DNA from: Gemmatimonadota bacterium
Lineage (GTDB): Bacteria; Gemmatimonadota; Gemmatimonadetes; Longimicrobiales; Gaopeijiaceae
Assembly (NCBI GenBank): GCA_039589315.1
Contig: JBDHHQ010000032.1
Location: 1-46,483, forward strand
Length of the DNA: 46,483 nt
Direction of reading: 5' to 3'
Shown in pieces: positions 9,503 through 18,272 of this stretch. A model generated the notes under the pieces. The model was not told where the DNA came from and ran no database searches. It saw only the letters and a program-made list of their open reading frames with translations. A program made the translations under genes and the position numbers. Each line of letters starts with the position of its first letter. Position 1 is the first letter of the stretch.

Positions 9503-9730
9503 ATGCTCTGTAGGCGATGCAGGATCGAGGGAGACGAGCCGACCCGCACCGAGGTGAGGCCGTCCCAGGTTCAGCCACCCCATGACTGGCACAGGCTGAT
9601 CAGGCTGATATGCGATCGCTGCGGTGCGGTGCTTCCGCCCCGGGATCCGGCCAAGGACCGGCTCTCCATAGCGGACCAGCTGGAGCGCTTCGGCCTGGGC
9701 GCGAATACCGATCCGCTGCTCGACCCCTGA
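9503..9730 (+). CDS. small putative zinc-ribbon protein (75 aa)
   Basis: GAGGAGG immediately before ATG 9503; CRRC and CDRC pairs; ends 21 nt before glmS. Confidence 0.6.
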   Translation: MLCRRCRIEGDEPTRTEVRPSQVQPPHDWHRLIRLICDRCGAVLPPRDPAKDRLSIADQLERFGLGANTDPLLDP

Positions 9731-9751
9731 CCCAGACGAAGGCCCTGACCC

Positions 9752-11581
9752 ATGTGCGGCATCATCGGATACGTTGGACGACAGGACCCTACATCCGTCA
9801 TTCTGGACGGACTCGCCCGGCTGGAGTACCGGGGATACGACTCAGCGGGTTTGGCGCTACAGAACGGCAAGGGCCTCGTAGTCCGGAAAGTCGCTGGCCG
9901 CGTCGGCAGGCTCCGCGACGTTCTCGCGTGCGACCCGGTCCCCGCCACGTCCGGCATCGGCCACACCAGGTGGGCAACGCACGGCCCGCCCACCCGCGAC
10001 AACGCCCATCCGCATGCCGACTGCACGGGGACCGTGGCCGTGGTGCACAACGGAATCGTGGAGAATGCCGACACCCTCCGCGCACGGCTGCAGGCAGCGG
10101 GACATTGCGTCGTCACGCCCACGGACACCGAGCTCTTGGCCCACCTGATCGAGGAAGCACCGGGCGCGTCCCTCGAGGAGAAGGTCGCCCAGGCTCTCAG
10201 CCGGGTCGAAGGCACGTATGGGCTGGCGGTGATGTCGTCGCATGAGCCGAACAAGATCGTCGTGGCCCGCAAGGGCTCGCCCGTGCTGCTCGGATTGGGT
10301 GAGCACGAGGAGTACTTCGTCGCCTCGGACCCGTCGGCCATTCTCGAGCACACCCGCTCGGTGGTCTATCTGGAGGACGGAGACCTGGCGGTGGTCACAC
10401 CGTCAGGGTTCGAGGTGTTGGACCCCCACGGACGGACCCAGGAACGAGACCGGGACAGGGTCGACTGGGATCTCGCCGCCATCGAGCTCGGCGGGTACGA
10501 CCACTTCATGCTGAAGGAGATCTACGAGCAGCCCGAGAGCGTTCGGAACACGCTGCGCGGGCGACTGCTCGTCGAAGAAGGCACCGCTCGCCTCGACGGC
10601 CTGGGTCTCGACGCGCAGGACATCGCGGACCTGGACCGAATCGTGATCCTGGCGTGCGGGACCTCCTGGCACGCCGGCCTGGTGGGTCGCCACCTGTTGG
10701 AGCGGCTGGCCGGCATCCCGGTGCAGGTGGAGTACGCGTCCGAGTTCCGATACCGGAGCGGGCTGCCGCTCAACGACGCGCTCGCGATCGCCATCTCCCA
10801 GTCCGGGGAGACCGCGGACACCCTCGAGGCCATACGGGCCGCCCGCCTCGCCGGTGCCCGATGCGTCGGGCTCGTGAACAGTGTGGGCAGCACCATCGCC
10901 CGTGAGACCGATGGGGGCGTCTACCTGCACGCCGGCCCGGAGATCGGCGTCGCCTCCACGAAGGCGTTCACCTCTCAGCTCACCGCGCTGCTCCTCCTGG
11001 GACTCTACCTGGGTCGTCAGCGAGGGATGTGGCTGGAAGACGGGCGGGCGTTGGCCGAGGACATCGCCACGCTCCCTGAGCTGGTGAGATCCGCCCTGGC
11101 GGTGGACGAAGAGGTGCGATCGCTGGCCCGAACCTACGTCGATGCGAGCAACTTCCTCTATCTCGGTAGGGGCGTCAACTTCCCAGTCGCCTTGGAAGGG
11201 GCGCTCAAGCTCAAGGAAGTGAGCTACATCCACGCTGAAGGCTATCCTGCTGCCGAGATGAAGCACGGTCCGATCGCGCTGATCGACGAGGACATGCCAG
11301 TGGTCTTCGTCGCACCCTGCGACGCGTCCTATCGCAAGGTCCTGTGCAACATCCAGGAGGTGAAGGCCCGGGGCGGCCGGACCATCGTCGTCACGACACA
11401 GGGCAACGGTGATCTCGACGAGCTGGCCGATCACGTGATCGCCGTGCCACAGGCGCCCCCCCTGCTGTCTCCCCTGGTCACGGTGATCCCGCTCCAGCTC
11501 CTGGCCTATCACATCGCCGCGCTCCGCGGGCTCGACGTGGACCGGCCCCGCAACCTGGCCAAGAGCGTGACCGTGGAGTGA
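9752..11581 (+). CDS. glmS: glutamine--fructose-6-phosphate transaminase (isomerizing)
   Basis: N-terminal MCGIIG, LEYRGYDSAG, GHTRWATHG, SQSGETADT and C-terminal PRNLAKSVTVE. Confidence 0.98.
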   Translation: MCGIIGYVGRQDPTSVILDGLARLEYRGYDSAGLALQNGKGLVVRKVAGRVGRLRDVLACDPVPATSGIGHTRWATHGPPTRDNAHPHADCTGTVAVVHNGIVENADTLRARLQAAGHCVVTPTDTELLAHLIEEAPGASLEEKVAQALSRVEGTYGLAVMSSHEPNKIVVARKGSPVLLGLGEHEEYFVASDPSAILEHTRSVVYLEDGDLAVVTPSGFEVLDPHGRTQERDRDRVDWDLAAIELGGYDHFMLKEIYEQPESVRNTLRGRLLVEEGTARLDGLGLDAQDIADLDRIVILACGTSWHAGLVGRHLLERLAGIPVQVEYASEFRYRSGLPLNDALAIAISQSGETADTLEAIRAARLAGARCVGLVNSVGSTIARETDGGVYLHAGPEIGVASTKAFTSQLTALLLLGLYLGRQRGMWLEDGRALAEDIATLPELVRSALAVDEEVRSLARTYVDASNFLYLGRGVNFPVALEGALKLKEVSYIHAEGYPAAEMKHGPIALIDEDMPVVFVAPCDASYRKVLCNIQEVKARGGRTIVVTTQGNGDLDELADHVIAVPQAPPLLSPLVTVIPLQLLAYHIAALRGLDVDRPRNLAKSVTVE

Positions 11582-11611
11582 CCGCGCGGCCAGGCCCTCG
11601 TCACTGACCGT

Positions 11612-14600
11612 TCAACCGGACGGCAGCGCGAGCACCGGCGCCTGCGGCAGCGAGGTGAAGCCGGCCGCCGCCAACGCCTGGCGGTAGGGGTCTACGTGCT
11701 CTGCGAACACCCGATTGACCTGGCGCACGATCTCGGCCGTGGCCTCCTCGGCGCGGTGCACATGGATCCGGTCGTTGTCACCAGGCGCCGCGGTGGAAGA
11801 TCCCAGCGTCCTGGCCGCCGTCTGGACGAGGGACATCTGCGTGACTCCTCCACAGATCCCCTGGCACGACGGACCCGTGAACAGCGCTTCCCGGACTTCT
11901 GTCAACCCGTCCCGTACGGCCTCGCCCTGCTCCACCAGCGCGCCATGGCCGTTGTCCCCCCGGAGCGTCTTCAGGACCGCATCCACGGCCTCAGCCGCCC
12001 CGTTCACGTGCTCCTCCGCCTCGGTGGCCACCCTCGAGAGGGACGCCACCGCCAACCTGGCCTCCAGCCGTGCGGTCCGGTCCGCCAGCGTGCGTGGCTC
12101 CCGGGGATCGGCCATCACCTGGACCATGCCCTCGCTTCGTGCGTCGCCAACCTGGACGCTCACCGCGTAGCTTCCGGGCAACACCTCCACGCCCGCAGCG
12201 CCTCTGCTCTCGGCCGAGTCGCCGGCCATGGTCAGATCCCAAACCACCCGGTGCAGTCCGTGCGTCGCGGGTCCTTCAATGGTGCTTATCAGCATGCCGC
12301 CCTCTTCCCTGAGCTCGACGCTCGCCCGGGCCTCGGGATCACCCTCGCCAACCCAGTAGCTCAGGAGCGCCCCATAGGGACGCGCGTCACCGAAGAACAT
12401 GGCGTGCCCCGTGGACCGATAACCGAGGCCCTCCGCCACCGCATGAGTGTACGCCGGCGGAGGCTCGAACAGCGTGACGGGAGAAGCTGACACGGATCCC
12501 TCGGCCGCCAGTGCCCTGAGGGGGCGGATGTCGTCGACGACCCACACCGAACGGCCGTGGGTGCCCAGCACCAGATCGTGGTCCCGCGGGTGGATCACCA
12601 GATCCCTGACGGGGGCCGGGGGCAGGCCATCGGTCCACTGGATCCAGGAGGCACCGCCGTCCACGCTCACGTAGAGGCCGAACTCCGTCCCGAGGAAGAG
12701 CAGGTCAGGCTCCACAGGATCCTCCCGGATCACGTGCGTGAAGCCGAAGACGTCGTCGGTCGCCAACGAGGTCCACGTCGCGCCGTGGTCGTCGGTACGG
12801 AAGACGTAGGGGGTCCAGTTGCCCCGGCGATGGTCGTCCAACACGGCGTAAGCAACTGCGTCGTCGGAGTGGGACGGCTCCACATGGGGGACCCACGTGG
12901 TAGGCGGAACCCCCGTCAGGTTCGGGGCCACGTCCGTCCAGGTGGCGCCACCATCCCGGGTGACCTGGATGTTGCCGTCGTCGGTCCCCACCCAGATGAG
13001 TCCGGCGTTCCGGGGACTCACGGACACGGACACGATCGTCGTGTGATTCTCCGCACCGGTCGCGTCCAGCGTCAGCCCGCCGCTCTGGTCTTGCCTCTGC
13101 TTTTCCGGATCGTTCGTCGTGAGGTCCGGCGAGATGATCTCCCAGCTGGCTCCGCCGTTCCGGCTTCGATGAACGAACTGGCTGGCCAGGTAGATCGTGG
13201 ACGGCTCGTGGGGATCCTGGGCCAGCGCTGCGTTCCAGTTGAACCGCAGGCGCTCGCCGTCCGGGTGGAGGGGCCGGATCGACCGGCGTTCGCCGGTGAC
13301 CTTGTCGAAGCGCATGAGGTTGCCCTGCTGGGACATGCTGTAGCCGAAGCGGGGATCGGCGCGGTCGGTCATTACGGCAAAGCCGTCGCCGCCCCCCACC
13401 CGCTGCCAGTGTCCGTTGATGATCCCTCGCGTCTCCCACACGGTGCTCGGACCGTACCACGAGCCGTTGTCCTGCAGCCCGCCGTAGACGTTGAACGGCA
13501 CGGCGTCGTCGACGGATACATGGTAGAACTGGGCGAGCGGCAGGTTCTCCACGAAGCGCCAGTGTTCCCCGCGATCACGGCTCACGCCGATGCCGCCGTC
13601 ATTGCCGATGATCATGAAGCGCGGATCGTGGGGATGGATCCACAACTCCTGCACGTCGCCGTGGATGATCTGGCTCGGCACCAGGGTCCGGAACGTCCGG
13701 CCCTGGTCCTCGCTGACCTCGATGCGGCCGTGCAGGGAGTAGAGGCGGTTCTCGTTCTCCGGATCGATCCTCAGGTCGGCGTAGTAGAACGGACGATTCG
13801 CGACCCCTTCCCGGTCGCTGATGGTCTCGAAGGTCCGCCCGCCGTCTGCCGATCGAAGCAGCTCGCTCCGCTCGGCCTCCACCAGGGCGTAGACCACCCG
13901 GGGATCGCTCGGGGCCACCGCCAGGCCGATCCGGCCGAGCTCTCCCTCGGGCAGGCCGGCTTCCGCAGTGACCTCCGTCCAGGAGTCACCGCCGTCGTGC
14001 GTCACGAACAAGCCGCTTCCGGGGCCGCCCGACTCGAAGAACCACGGCCAGCGGCGATACTCCCACATGGCCGCGAAGAGCTTGTTGGGGTTGGACGGAT
14101 CCATGACCAGATCGGCGGCCCCCGTCCGCTCGCTCGCGTACAACACGCGCTCCCACGTCTCACCACCGTCGAGGGTCCGATAGACCCCACGCTCGTCACC
14201 GTCGCTCCAGGCGGGTCCCATGGCCGCCACGAACGCGACGTCGGGATCCCGCGGGTCCAGTACGATACGGTGGATCCGCTCCGAGGCCTCGAGCCCCAGA
14301 TGCGTCCATGTATCCCCACCGTCCATGCTTCGGAAGACCCCGTACCCGACGCCCATGGAGTTCCGCGGGTTCCCCTCCCCGGTCCCCACCCAGACGATGT
14401 CCGGATTCTCCTGGTTCACGGCCAGTGCGCCGACGCTGAGGATCGGCTGATCGTCGAAGACCGGCGTCCACGAGAGCCCCCCGTCCCGCGAGCGCCATAC
14501 GCCGCCCGTCGACGCTCCGACGAACATGACGGTCGGGTCGGAGGCAACCACGTCCACGGCGGCCACCCGGCCACTCATGCCCGCGGGTCCGATGTTACGA

Positions 14601-14701
14601 GCCCCGAGAGCCGCTAGATCCGGGGAGGTCAACTGGGCAGCCCCTGAGACAGGAACGAGGGCAGACACGAGCGTGAGGGCGAGCACCGGCAGTCGGTTCA
14701 T
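11612..14701 (-). CDS. secreted BNR/Asp-box repeat (VPS10/sortilin-like) glycosyl hydrolase-like protein
   Basis: Signal peptide MNRLPVLALTLVSALVPVSGAA, IGPAGMSGRV, many S/T-x-DGG-x-T/S-W repeats and YGGLQDNGSW. Confidence 0.85.
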   Translation of the reverse strand: MNRLPVLALTLVSALVPVSGAAQLTSPDLAALGARNIGPAGMSGRVAAVDVVASDPTVMFVGASTGGVWRSRDGGLSWTPVFDDQPILSVGALAVNQENPDIVWVGTGEGNPRNSMGVGYGVFRSMDGGDTWTHLGLEASERIHRIVLDPRDPDVAFVAAMGPAWSDGDERGVYRTLDGGETWERVLYASERTGAADLVMDPSNPNKLFAAMWEYRRWPWFFESGGPGSGLFVTHDGGDSWTEVTAEAGLPEGELGRIGLAVAPSDPRVVYALVEAERSELLRSADGGRTFETISDREGVANRPFYYADLRIDPENENRLYSLHGRIEVSEDQGRTFRTLVPSQIIHGDVQELWIHPHDPRFMIIGNDGGIGVSRDRGEHWRFVENLPLAQFYHVSVDDAVPFNVYGGLQDNGSWYGPSTVWETRGIINGHWQRVGGGDGFAVMTDRADPRFGYSMSQQGNLMRFDKVTGERRSIRPLHPDGERLRFNWNAALAQDPHEPSTIYLASQFVHRSRNGGASWEIISPDLTTNDPEKQRQDQSGGLTLDATGAENHTTIVSVSVSPRNAGLIWVGTDDGNIQVTRDGGATWTDVAPNLTGVPPTTWVPHVEPSHSDDAVAYAVLDDHRRGNWTPYVFRTDDHGATWTSLATDDVFGFTHVIREDPVEPDLLFLGTEFGLYVSVDGGASWIQWTDGLPPAPVRDLVIHPRDHDLVLGTHGRSVWVVDDIRPLRALAAEGSVSASPVTLFEPPPAYTHAVAEGLGYRSTGHAMFFGDARPYGALLSYWVGEGDPEARASVELREEGGMLISTIEGPATHGLHRVVWDLTMAGDSAESRGAAGVEVLPGSYAVSVQVGDARSEGMVQVMADPREPRTLADRTARLEARLAVASLSRVATEAEEHVNGAAEAVDAVLKTLRGDNGHGALVEQGEAVRDGLTEVREALFTGPSCQGICGGVTQMSLVQTAARTLGSSTAAPGDNDRIHVHRAEEATAEIVRQVNRVFAEHVDPYRQALAAAGFTSLPQAPVLALPSG

Positions 14702-14763
14702 CGGTCTATGGCGTGTGTGAGGGACGTATGATCGAGCGCGGCCAACCCCGCTGCCCGGCCTGG

Positions 14764-15105
14764 CTACGGTTGTGTGGAGCGGAACCGATCGGTCACCTCG
14801 ATGCTGTCGCCGAGGGACCGTACGCCCTCGGCATCGTCCAACACCAACTGGATGAGCACTGGAACCTCCGTGGTCGAGGCCGCGTGCATGCGGATGTCCG
14901 CATTCACCAGCGCCGAGTCCGGCCTGCCCAGGCTTCGGTAGCACACGGAGACGTCCCCGCCGGACGTCGAATCGACCAGGGCGGCCAGCCGAGCCTCGAG
15001 GCTCTGAGGGCCGGGGTCTCCGGCGCATCCGGCACCCGAGCGAGTAAGGAGCGCCAGCCCCCGCAGCAGCGTCTTGTCGGTGAGAGCCGGCAACGTGCGA
15101 ATCAT
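14764..15105 (-). pseudogene. truncated class A beta-lactamase-like serine hydrolase relic
   Basis: NADIRMHAASTTEVPVLIQL resembles the SxxK region with the Lys replaced. The frame stops about 35 codons later, before any SDN or KTG motif. Confidence 0.6.
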
Positions 15106-15282
15106 GGCCTCATCAGCGTTCGCGGACATGGGCGGGGAGAGTACGGGAGGCGAGCCGGGCTCGTCCAGTGCGACGCCCCCTGCGGACGCCTTGGCGAGCC
15201 CGCCCACCTCAGGCGGCTCGAGGGCGAACGAGGATGGCGCGGGACCATTGAGGCACCTACCGTCCGTACCAGGGTCCGGTGC

Positions 15283-15888
15283 TCAAAACCCCCAGAGCAG
15301 TCCCACGTCCACGACCCAGCTCCTGAACGGCACCTCGGTCCCCCGGTCCAGTGTGGGGTCGAGCCGTAGGTACCGGAAGCCCGGGGTCACGCGCAGGTTG
15401 TCGGTGAGGCGCACGGAGAGCCCCGCTCCAGCTTCGATCCCCCACGTCCAATCCGACACAGCCTTGCCGTCGTCCGCTGCGCCGGACGAGGCCTCCACCC
15501 CATGGGAGATGGCACCGAGCCGGAGCCAGGGCATGACCGCTCCGGTATCGAAGAGGTACCGGAGCGCCAGATCGTACCCGCTGGACGTCAGGTCGCCCGT
15601 GTCCTGACAACCCTCCGCGCAGAGGAACCGGTGTTGGCTGAATCCCAGTTGAAGATAGAGGCCGCCGCGAACTGCGTAGGCGAAGCTGACACCGAAGCTG
15701 CTGCCAGCCCCCGCGCCCCCGTCGCGCTGGGGCGGGCCCGCCAGCTCACCGGCGGGAATCGCGATCCCGACCCGCCCTTCGGCGGTCAGCTTGGGGATCT
15801 GGGCCTCGAGCGGCGCGGCCCACACCGCGACGGCCGCACCCGCGAGCCAGGCCGCGCGCGCGACCGGACGAACGGTGCGAGCCGTCAT
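15283..15888 (-). CDS. outer-membrane beta-barrel protein
   Basis: Signal peptide, alternating amphipathic strands and C-terminal VDVGLLWGF ending in Phe. Confidence 0.75.
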   Translation of the reverse strand: MTARTVRPVARAAWLAGAAVAVWAAPLEAQIPKLTAEGRVGIAIPAGELAGPPQRDGGAGAGSSFGVSFAYAVRGGLYLQLGFSQHRFLCAEGCQDTGDLTSSGYDLALRYLFDTGAVMPWLRLGAISHGVEASSGAADDGKAVSDWTWGIEAGAGLSVRLTDNLRVTPGFRYLRLDPTLDRGTEVPFRSWVVDVGLLWGF

Positions 15889-16823
15889 CCGTGCCGCAGG
15901 AAGAAGACGCCGATGGCGGCGGCCGCGTCGATATCCAGCGTCTTCAAGCCGGATTCAGGTGGGAATGCCAGAATGGGATTCGGCCACGTGTGCCCGCCGT
16001 CCACCACCTCGTAGAACTCGACCTCGGTCCCCCCATCACAGCTCTGGTACTGCTCGACGTTGACGGAGGTGCCGTCGTTCTCCACGTCCTGGACGCTGGT
16101 GACCGTGGGCTCGGTTCCGCAGCCATTGTGCTCCAACCAGAAGTCCACCGTCTCTCTGGCTCCGAGGGAGGCCCGTGTGCCCCCGCTACCGGCGGCGGGG
16201 ACCCTGGGGTCGGCGGTTCCGTGGATCATCAGGAACGACACTGGAACGGGAGGATCGCACGTCGCCGCCAACGGGCCGGACATGGTCGCGGCCACCACCG
16301 CGATGGCGGCGATGTCTCCCTCCATGTCGCAGGCGAGACGCTGGGCGAAGAACCCCCCGTCCGAAAAGCCAGCCGCATAGACGCGATCACGGTTCACGCG
16401 AAACGACGTGTCCAGATCGTCGATCAGGTCGCGTATGAACTGCACGTCGTCGACCCCGGCCGCGTCGGCCTGTGTGCAATCACAGCCTTCGGCCCAGTCG
16501 GACGTGGCGTCGGGATAGACCATGATCGTCTGCAGAGAGCGGGCGACCTGGTCGAAGCCGGAGATGCCGCGCATGTCGGAGCTGGAGCCGGGACTGGCGT
16601 GAAGCGAGATCATGACCGGCGCGGGCACCTCGCTACGCACCGTGCCAGGGACGAAGACCTGGTACGTCCGCGTCCGTCCCCCCGAGTCCACGGAGCGGAA
16701 GAACGCCTGGCCTTGCGTCGTTGGCACGTTGATGGTGCTGGGCTCCTGGGTGCACGCCGCGGCGGCGAGCGCGGACAGGCACACCGCAACCAGCCGTAGC
16801 CGAAGTGGATCGATCCGGGTCAT
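15885..16823 (-). CDS. PHB depolymerase/LpqC-family esterase lipoprotein
   Basis: Lipobox-like AAAC, DDVQFI, nucleophile elbow GFSDG, IHGTADP and GGHTWP. Confidence 0.85.
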   Translation of the reverse strand: MTRIDPLRLRLVAVCLSALAAAACTQEPSTINVPTTQGQAFFRSVDSGGRTRTYQVFVPGTVRSEVPAPVMISLHASPGSSSDMRGISGFDQVARSLQTIMVYPDATSDWAEGCDCTQADAAGVDDVQFIRDLIDDLDTSFRVNRDRVYAAGFSDGGFFAQRLACDMEGDIAAIAVVAATMSGPLAATCDPPVPVSFLMIHGTADPRVPAAGSGGTRASLGARETVDFWLEHNGCGTEPTVTSVQDVENDGTSVNVEQYQSCDGGTEVEFYEVVDGGHTWPNPILAFPPESGLKTLDIDAAAAIGVFFLRHG

Positions 16824-17066
16824 GGTGCCTCTGTGCCTTCCTCAGTGGTCTCGACGGTCCGCGCCCGATCCCGCATCGGACCGGCGAACACGGAATATGT
16901 CGATTCGAGCGCCCATGCGGCACCTCCGCCGCGGCCAGGCACCCGGGCTGGGCGGTCCTATTCGCACGGTCCCTTGCACCACACGGTGACTGCCGTAGTG
17001 TTCCACGGTTCCACCACTCGATGCCCGATCGAGCTCCCGGTGGGTTTCCCCACAGCTCAGCGACAG

Positions 17067-18236
17067 ATGAGTCGACCCGTACGTACCGCGACACGCACCC
17101 ACGGCTTCACCGAATCCGTGATCCGCGAAATGACCCGCGTGGCCCGGGAGGCCGGCGCCATCAATCTCGCCCAGGGCTTCCCGGACTTTCCGGCGCCACA
17201 GCTCCTGAAGGACGCGGCGTGTGCTGCGATACAGAACGACGTGAACCAGTACGCCATCACCTGGGGCTCTCCCCGCCTCCGTCAGGCGTTGGTGGACAAG
17301 TACCGGCAGTGGTACGGGATGGATGTCGACGGTGACCGGCAGGTGACGGTCACCTGCGGCGCCACCGAAGCCATGGCGGCAGTCGTGCTCTCCGTCCTCG
17401 ACCCGGGCGACGAGGTCATCGTGCTCGAGCCGTTCTACGAGAACTACGGCCCCGACGCCACTCTCTCCGGGGCCCGTCCGGTCTTCCTGGAGCTCGAGCC
17501 GCCGGGTTTCACGCTCGACCCCGATCGCCTGCGGGCGTTGGTGTCGCCTCGCACTCGCGCCATCATCCTCAACACTCCGAACAATCCGACGGGTCGTGTC
17601 TTCGACGCCGAGGAGACTGCGGCCGTAGCCCGGATCTGTCTGGAGCACGATCTACTGGCCATCACGGACGAGATCTACGAACACATCCTCTACGAAGGCC
17701 GACACGTCCCACTCGCCAGGCTCGAAGGGATGGCTGACCGGACTATCACCGTTTCCGGTGCGTCGAAGACCTTCAGCGTGACCGGATGGCGCATCGGCAC
17801 GATCGTCGCCCCGCCCGACGTGACGGAGGCCATCCGGAAGGTCCACGACTTTCTCACCGTGGGCGCTCCGGCCCCGCTACAGGAGGCTTGCGCGGTGGCT
17901 CTGGAGACCCTGGACCAGGCGTACTACGACAAGCTCGTCCACGGCTACCGGAAGCGGCGCGACGTCCTGCACTCCGCCCTGATCGAGGCCGGCTTCCAAT
18001 GCTCGCTCCCCCAGGGGGCCTACTACATCCTTGCCGACTACTCGGCGCTCTCGCGGGAAGCCGACGACGGCTTCTCAAGGAGGCTCGCGACCGAAGCACG
18101 CGTAACGCCCGTGCCGGGATCCAGCTTCTTCAGCGAGAGACGCGCGAACCGGTCACTCGTTCGGTTCGCCTTCTGTAAGCGGGTGGAGACATTGAGGGAG
18201 GCGGGTGAGCGACTCCAGGACTTCGCGGCTGGCTGA
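17067..18236 (+). CDS. class I/II PLP-dependent aminotransferase
   Basis: AINLAQGFPDF, NTPNNPTG, DEIYEH, SKTFSVTGWRIG and VRFAFCK. Start ATG 17067. Confidence 0.92.
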   Translation: MSRPVRTATRTHGFTESVIREMTRVAREAGAINLAQGFPDFPAPQLLKDAACAAIQNDVNQYAITWGSPRLRQALVDKYRQWYGMDVDGDRQVTVTCGATEAMAAVVLSVLDPGDEVIVLEPFYENYGPDATLSGARPVFLELEPPGFTLDPDRLRALVSPRTRAIILNTPNNPTGRVFDAEETAAVARICLEHDLLAITDEIYEHILYEGRHVPLARLEGMADRTITVSGASKTFSVTGWRIGTIVAPPDVTEAIRKVHDFLTVGAPAPLQEACAVALETLDQAYYDKLVHGYRKRRDVLHSALIEAGFQCSLPQGAYYILADYSALSREADDGFSRRLATEARVTPVPGSSFFSERRANRSLVRFAFCKRVETLREAGERLQDFAAG

Positions 18237-18272
18237 GCTCGCCCCACCTCCCGCTTGGAGTCGGTCTCGCTC

